A stretch of DNA of 64,000 nt from an uncultured Oscillospiraceae bacterium (lineage in GTDB: Bacteria; Bacillota; Clostridia; Christensenellales; CAG-138), in NCBI GenBank assembly GCA_964447605.1, contig CAYUTA010000002.1, positions 15,146-79,145 on the forward strand. Reading direction: 5' to 3'. Shown here piece after piece: positions 57,320-64,000 of the stretch. The notes under the pieces were generated by a model, which did not search any database, had not been told where the DNA came from, and saw nothing but the letters and a program-made list of their open reading frames with translations. The stretch's first letter is position 1. Every line of letters begins with the position of its first letter. The position numbers and the translations under genes are program-made.

Positions 57320-57541
57320 ATGATGGATCTCACCCCAATCGGCGTCGGACTGGCGCTGCTGCCCGCTATGGGCGCCGGTATCATGATGGGCTTTGCAACG
57401 GGTAAGGCCGTGGAGGCCGTCGCGCGGCAGCCGGAGGCCTCCGGCAAAATTAACTCCATCCTGCTGCTGGGCCTCGCTCTGGTGGAGTCGACCGCCATCT
57501 ACGGCTTTGTCACGGCTTTAATCATGCTGTTTGTCAAGTAG
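57320..57541 (+). CDS. atpE: F0F1 ATP synthase subunit c
   Basis: Hairpin proteolipid with the loop motif ARQPE and the ion-binding Glu in [11 protein letters not shown]. Confidence 0.93.
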   Translation: MMDLTPIGVGLALLPAMGAGIMMGFATGKAVEAVARQPEASGKINSILLLGLALVESTAIYGFVTALIMLFVK

Positions 57542-57556
57542 CGGGGGGCGGGCAAA

Positions 57557-58090
57557 ATGGAAGGCTACAGCATTCAGGCCGTCATCAGCAGCGTGCTGCT
57601 CCACATGCTCAACATCGTGGTGCTGTTTATTGTGCTGCGCGCGCTGGTCTATAAGCCCGTACGCAAATTCCTGCAGGCGCGCACCGACCGCGTGCAGGCC
57701 GAGCGCGAACAGATCGGAGCCGAACGCGCGGAGGCGGAGACGCTGCACGCACAATATGCCGCAGAGCTTGCAAAGGCCCATGACGATGCGGATAAGCAGG
57801 CGACGGAGCTGCTCGCGCGCGCCAACGACGCGGCGCACGCCATGCAGGTACAGGCCGAGGCCGAGGCGAAAAAAATTGTCGCGCGCGCCAAACAGCAGGC
57901 GCAGCATACGCATGAGGACGCCGTCCGCCAGCTCAAGCGCGACGCGGCCGATATCGCGGTGGAAATCTCCTCGCGCGTGCTGGAGCGCGAGGTCAGCGAG
58001 CAGGATAACGCGCACATCATCGACGCATATTTCAACGCGCTCAAGCCGCAGGAGCCGCCACAGCAGAGCGCGGGCAAGGGAAGCGTATGA
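57557..58090 (+). CDS. atpF: F0F1 ATP synthase subunit b
   Basis: N-terminal TM segment followed by a long Ala/Glu/Arg-rich coiled coil. Operon position supports the call. Confidence 0.85.
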   Translation: MEGYSIQAVISSVLLHMLNIVVLFIVLRALVYKPVRKFLQARTDRVQAEREQIGAERAEAETLHAQYAAELAKAHDDADKQATELLARANDAAHAMQVQAEAEAKKIVARAKQQAQHTHEDAVRQLKRDAADIAVEISSRVLEREVSEQDNAHIIDAYFNALKPQEPPQQSAGKGSV

Positions 58091-58317
58091 AAACAACCAT
58101 CGACGTGGCCATACCTGAAAACTTTGGGGACGCGAACCTGGAGCGGCTGAAAATCCGGTTGATGGCGCTCACCGGCGAAAGCGTGCAGCGGATGCGTGTG
58201 GCGTACGATAATTCGCTCATCGGCGGCTTTGTCGTGCGCTATCATAACCATGTCTATGACGCAAGCCTGAAAACACGGTTGGAACAGGTGCGCGGGCTAC
58301 TCGCCACGGGGGAATGA
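58087..58317 (+). CDS. atpH: F0F1 ATP synthase delta (OSCP) subunit, C-terminal domain only (76 aa)
   Basis: DNSLIGGFVVRYHNHVYDASLKTRLEQVRGLL matches the delta C-terminal block (compare IGG-x-V-x-IGD-x-VIDGS-x-x-RL). ATGA overlaps at both ends. Confidence 0.75.
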   Translation: MKTTIDVAIPENFGDANLERLKIRLMALTGESVQRMRVAYDNSLIGGFVVRYHNHVYDASLKTRLEQVRGLLATGE

Positions 58318-59803
58318 ACATGCGTGTGGATCTGGATATCGGCAGCTTTATCAGGCAACAGCTTGCCGGGCTGACCTTTGAGCCGACGACCTACGATTAC
58401 GGCACCGTCACCGCGTCGGCGGACGGCGTGGTTGCCGTGCGCGGTATTTCCGACTGCCGCTACGGCGAGTTGATTGCGTTTGAAAACGACCGGTATGGCA
58501 TCGTGCTGCATCTCGACAGCACCGTCATCCGTGCGGCAATGCTCAACGGCGAGCCCTCGGTCGGTTCCTTTTGCCGCGGGACGGGCCGCGCCATGCAGGT
58601 ACCCGTAGGTGAACAACTCATTGGCATGGTGGTCGACCCCACCGGCAGGCCGTTATTCGGCGACGCGGACAGGAGCAAGCGTTTCCGTCCCATCGAGGCG
58701 GATGCGCCGAGCATCATCATGCGCAGCAAGGTGGAGCGCGCGCTTGAAACAGGCATTCTTGCGCTCGACGCCATGATCCCCATCGGCCGCGGCCAGCGCG
58801 AGCTGATCATTGGCGACCGCCAGACCGGCAAAACCACCGTCGCCACCGACATCATCCTCAACCAGCGCGGCAAGGGCATGATCTGCATCTACTGCGCCAT
58901 CGGCCAGAAGGCCTCCACCATCGCGCAGATTGTGGAGCTGTTTGAGCGCACGGGCGCGATGGATTACACCTTGATCGTCGCTTCCACCGCCTCCGATTCC
59001 GCCGCCATGCAATACATCGCGCCATATGCCGCGTGCGCGATTGCCGAGGAGTTCATGTACGCCGGCCGCGACACGCTGGTGGTGTACGACGATTTGAGCA
59101 AGCATGCCGTCGCCTACCGCACGCTTTCACTTTTGCTGCACCGGCCGCCTGGCCGCGAAGCGTATCCCGGCGACGTTTTTTACCTACACAGCCGCCTGCT
59201 TGAGCGCAGCGCGCAACTCGACAAGGCGCATGGCGGCGGCTCCATGACCGCGCTGCCCATCATCGAGACCATGTCCGGCGATATCAGCGCATATATCCCG
59301 ACAAACGTCATCTCCATCACGGACGGACAGATTTACCTGGAAAGCGATCTGTTCCGCGCGGGCGTGCGCCCGGCCGTCAACGTCGGCCTTTCGGTCTCGC
59401 GCGTTGGCAGAAGCGCCCAGCGCCCGGCCATGCGGGCCGTGGCCGGTACGCTCCGGCTCGAGCTTGCACAGTACCGCGAACTGGCCGTATTCGCGCAGTT
59501 TGGTTCCGACCTCGACGCGGCCACAAAAGCGCAGCTTGACGCGGGCGCGCGGCTGGTTGAACTGCTGAAACAGAACAAACAGCAGCCCCTCGCCCTTTCG
59601 GAGGAGGCGGTGTTGCTGCTGGCGTTTACCGAAGGTGTTTTCGCGCAGGTTGCGGTTGCCGACGTCCACGCGTTTGTGGGCGAACTGCTTTCGTACCTGC
59701 ATACCGCGTATACGCAGCAGCTGCAGCTGATCGACCGGCGCGGCAGTCTCGACGGGCGCGTGCGGGCGCTGCTCGCCGCCGGCATGAAGGAGTTTTGCGC
59801 AAC

Positions 59804-59819
<16 letters not shown>
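58314..59819 (+). CDS. atpA: F0F1 ATP synthase subunit alpha
   Basis: GDRQTGKTT P-loop, ETMSGDISAYIPTNVISITDGQIYLE. Confidence 0.95.
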
Positions 59820-62127
<2,308 letters not shown>

Positions 62128-62130
62128 CGC

Positions 62131-62529
62131 ATGCACACATTTCGGCTGGAAATTCTGACCCCTGAACGCAGGTTTCTGGACGCGGACGTGGAGTTGATCA
62201 GCGTCGAGGCCTGCGACGGCCGGCTGACGGTTCTTGCCGGTCACGCGCCTATGGTCGCGCCGTTGGTTGCGGGGACGCTCAATCTGCGCATCGGCGGCGA
62301 GGACAAGGAGGCGTTTCATTCGTTCGGCTTCCTCGAGGTGCGGCCGGACGAGGTGCTCATGTTCACGCAGGCCTGCGAATGGCCCGAGGAGATTGACGAG
62401 TATCGCGCACGCGTCGCCTACGAAAAGGCAACCGAGGAACTGCGGCAAAAACAAAGCATTCTGGAGCACCGCCACAGCGAACTGTCCCTAAGCCGCGCGA
62501 TGGCACGGCTGCGCATCAAACGGCGCTGA
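62131..62529 (+). CDS. atpC: F0F1 ATP synthase subunit epsilon
   Basis: 132 aa. A beta-sandwich N-terminus (LEILTPERRF...VLAGHAPMVAPL) is followed by a helical C-terminus. Last gene of the operon. Confidence 0.9.
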   Translation: MHTFRLEILTPERRFLDADVELISVEACDGRLTVLAGHAPMVAPLVAGTLNLRIGGEDKEAFHSFGFLEVRPDEVLMFTQACEWPEEIDEYRARVAYEKATEELRQKQSILEHRHSELSLSRAMARLRIKRR

Positions 62530-62609
62530 GCAGCCAGAAACGCGCCACAACGGCGGCTGCACGCTGTTACCATGAACAGGAAATGCGTGCGCTTTGATGC
62601 GGTGCGCGT

Positions 62610-63974
62610 TTACAATTCCTCCGCCACGTCGCCTGAGACGACATAACGGTTTTTTCCCGCGGACTTGGCCAAATACAGCGCCTCGTCGACTTCTGCGTAA
62701 AGCGTGTCTATCGACTGCGCCTCCGAACGGAAAACGGTCGCGCCCACGCTGCCCGTTGGCCGCTTTTCGGGCTCGCTGTCCCAGCCGGCCGTTCGCATGG
62801 CGTCAATCAATTCCTGTGCTTTCTTTTCAACAGCTTTGCGCCTTCCCGCATTTTTCATCAGAATTAAAAACTCATCCCCGCCGACGCGGCCGATAATGTC
62901 CGTTTCGCGGAATACGCCGCCGATTGCTTCCGCAATCTTGGTCAAGACCCTGTCGCCCACACCGTGCCCATAGGTGTCGTTGATCTGTTTGAAGTTGTCA
63001 ACATCCACCATAAACAGCGCGTGTGTTCCGCATTGCCCTTCATCCTGCAGGTATTGTTCGACATGCCGCAGGGTTGCGTCGTGATTCAGCAGGTCGGTCA
63101 TGGAATCCTGCTCCGCAGCGCGCAAAAGCGCATCCTGCCGCCGCTTGTATTCGTCAATGTCATAAATGATGAAGACCGCGTTTAAATGCCTTGTAATCGG
63201 GTCAAACAGGAAACGGAGCTCATCGCGCACCCACCGTTGTTCCCCATCCTGCATTTTCCGCAGATATTCCATCGTAAGCCTCGTTTTTCCGCTGCCGTAT
63301 GCCTCCTCCAGCGCGCATTTGGAGAATGAGCGGAAAAAGCCGTGGGCCGCTTCATCCTCAACCGCAGCCTCCGCTTCGTTTTGTATATTCGCTTCAACCG
63401 TGTCCTGCAACGGCACGGTCTGCTCTCTGACGGACTGGCTGCGATAGTCGCACATACGCCAGTCCGTAACGTCAAACAGAACGGCGGCGTATGCATTGGG
63501 CGCAAGGCTGAGCAGGTACTTCAGCTCACGGTCATAGTTGAGCCTGGATTCGTATTCAAGCGTGATATCGCGCGATACGCCGTATACGCCAATGGTTTTT
63601 CCTTCCTGATCGCGGATGAGCGCCTTGGTGGTCAGGCAATATCTCGGGCGGCCGCCGCGCATGGGCAGCGGCTCGATATACGCCTCCAGCGGACACCCGC
63701 TGCTGAGCAGCATCTTATCGTCGTCGGTATATCGCCTGGCAAGCTCCGCATCCGGAAAAAGCTCGAAGTCCGTCTTCCCGATCACGTCCTCCGGGGCTTT
63801 GCATCCGACCTCTTCGGCAAACGCGCGCGACGCGCCGACATATGTAAGCTGTGTATCCTTAAAATAGATCATGTCGGGGGTATCCAAAAAAAACGACTCC
63901 CATGCATGCAGTAAAATCTTGTTTCTCCCGGCTATTTCATCCAACACTGTGTTTCCCCTTGCATATATGTGCAA
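62610..63974 (-). CDS. PAS-domain-containing GGDEF diguanylate cyclase
   Basis: PAS-like MIYFKDTQLTYVGASRAFAEEVG...GVSRDITLE. GGDEF domain with DLLNHDATL, INDTYGHGVGD and RVGGDEFLILM. Confidence 0.88.
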   Translation of the reverse strand: MHIYARGNTVLDEIAGRNKILLHAWESFFLDTPDMIYFKDTQLTYVGASRAFAEEVGCKAPEDVIGKTDFELFPDAELARRYTDDDKMLLSSGCPLEAYIEPLPMRGGRPRYCLTTKALIRDQEGKTIGVYGVSRDITLEYESRLNYDRELKYLLSLAPNAYAAVLFDVTDWRMCDYRSQSVREQTVPLQDTVEANIQNEAEAAVEDEAAHGFFRSFSKCALEEAYGSGKTRLTMEYLRKMQDGEQRWVRDELRFLFDPITRHLNAVFIIYDIDEYKRRQDALLRAAEQDSMTDLLNHDATLRHVEQYLQDEGQCGTHALFMVDVDNFKQINDTYGHGVGDRVLTKIAEAIGGVFRETDIIGRVGGDEFLILMKNAGRRKAVEKKAQELIDAMRTAGWDSEPEKRPTGSVGATVFRSEAQSIDTLYAEVDEALYLAKSAGKNRYVVSGDVAEEL

Positions 63975-64000
63975 TTTGCCCGGAAGCCCCGGGCGTTTTT

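Overview
This window looks like a high-GC, Clostridia-type (spore-forming Firmicutes) chromosomal core region. That placement is an inference from gene content and order: tilS-hpt-ftsH, yunB, ftsK-rimO-pgsA-cinA-recA, and an F1Fo atp operon. I can support about 58 protein-coding genes. By eye I found no rRNA, tRNA, CRISPR array or intact mobile element. Recognisable modules, left to right: (1) a truncated GGDEF cyclase; (2) a Crp/Fnr regulator divergent from an O2/NO-detoxification operon (multidomain flavodiiron protein, desulfoferrodoxin, rubredoxin); (3) a polysaccharide deacetylase and a PrsA-like foldase; (4) a minus-strand run of C11 peptidase, E2/CAT-like acyltransferase, RidA and a galactokinase-family kinase; (5) alkaline phosphatase and a beta-CASP MBL hydrolase; (6) a serine-palmitoyltransferase-like alpha-oxoamine synthase next to an SDR; (7) a roughly 10.7 kb purine module (xdhABC-like, GntR, amidohydrolase, BMP-type ABC importer); (8) a small envelope operon (membrane protein, O-antigen-ligase-like, decayed Asp/Glu racemase, NUDIX, lipoprotein); (9) prs, yunB, a PHP phosphoesterase, ftsH-hpt-tilS and radC; (10) SIMPL, then ftsK-rimO-pgsA-cinA-recA; (11) a VIT1 transporter and two poorly characterised genes; (12) atpI-like plus atpBEFHAGDC; (13) a PAS-GGDEF cyclase. 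Most of this is ordinary housekeeping content. The observations I consider most worth a second look are: the SPT-like synthase plus SDR pair; a duplicated 21-nt module with an inverted third copy in the 630-bp AT-rich gap upstream of the atp operon; an ATP synthase delta subunit reduced to its C-terminal domain; a racemase gene with two independent lesions; and a small HTH remnant bracketed by GTTAAC-containing repeats. All calls come from reading the sequence and the supplied translations. No database searches or folding calculations were run, and family comparisons are from memory.
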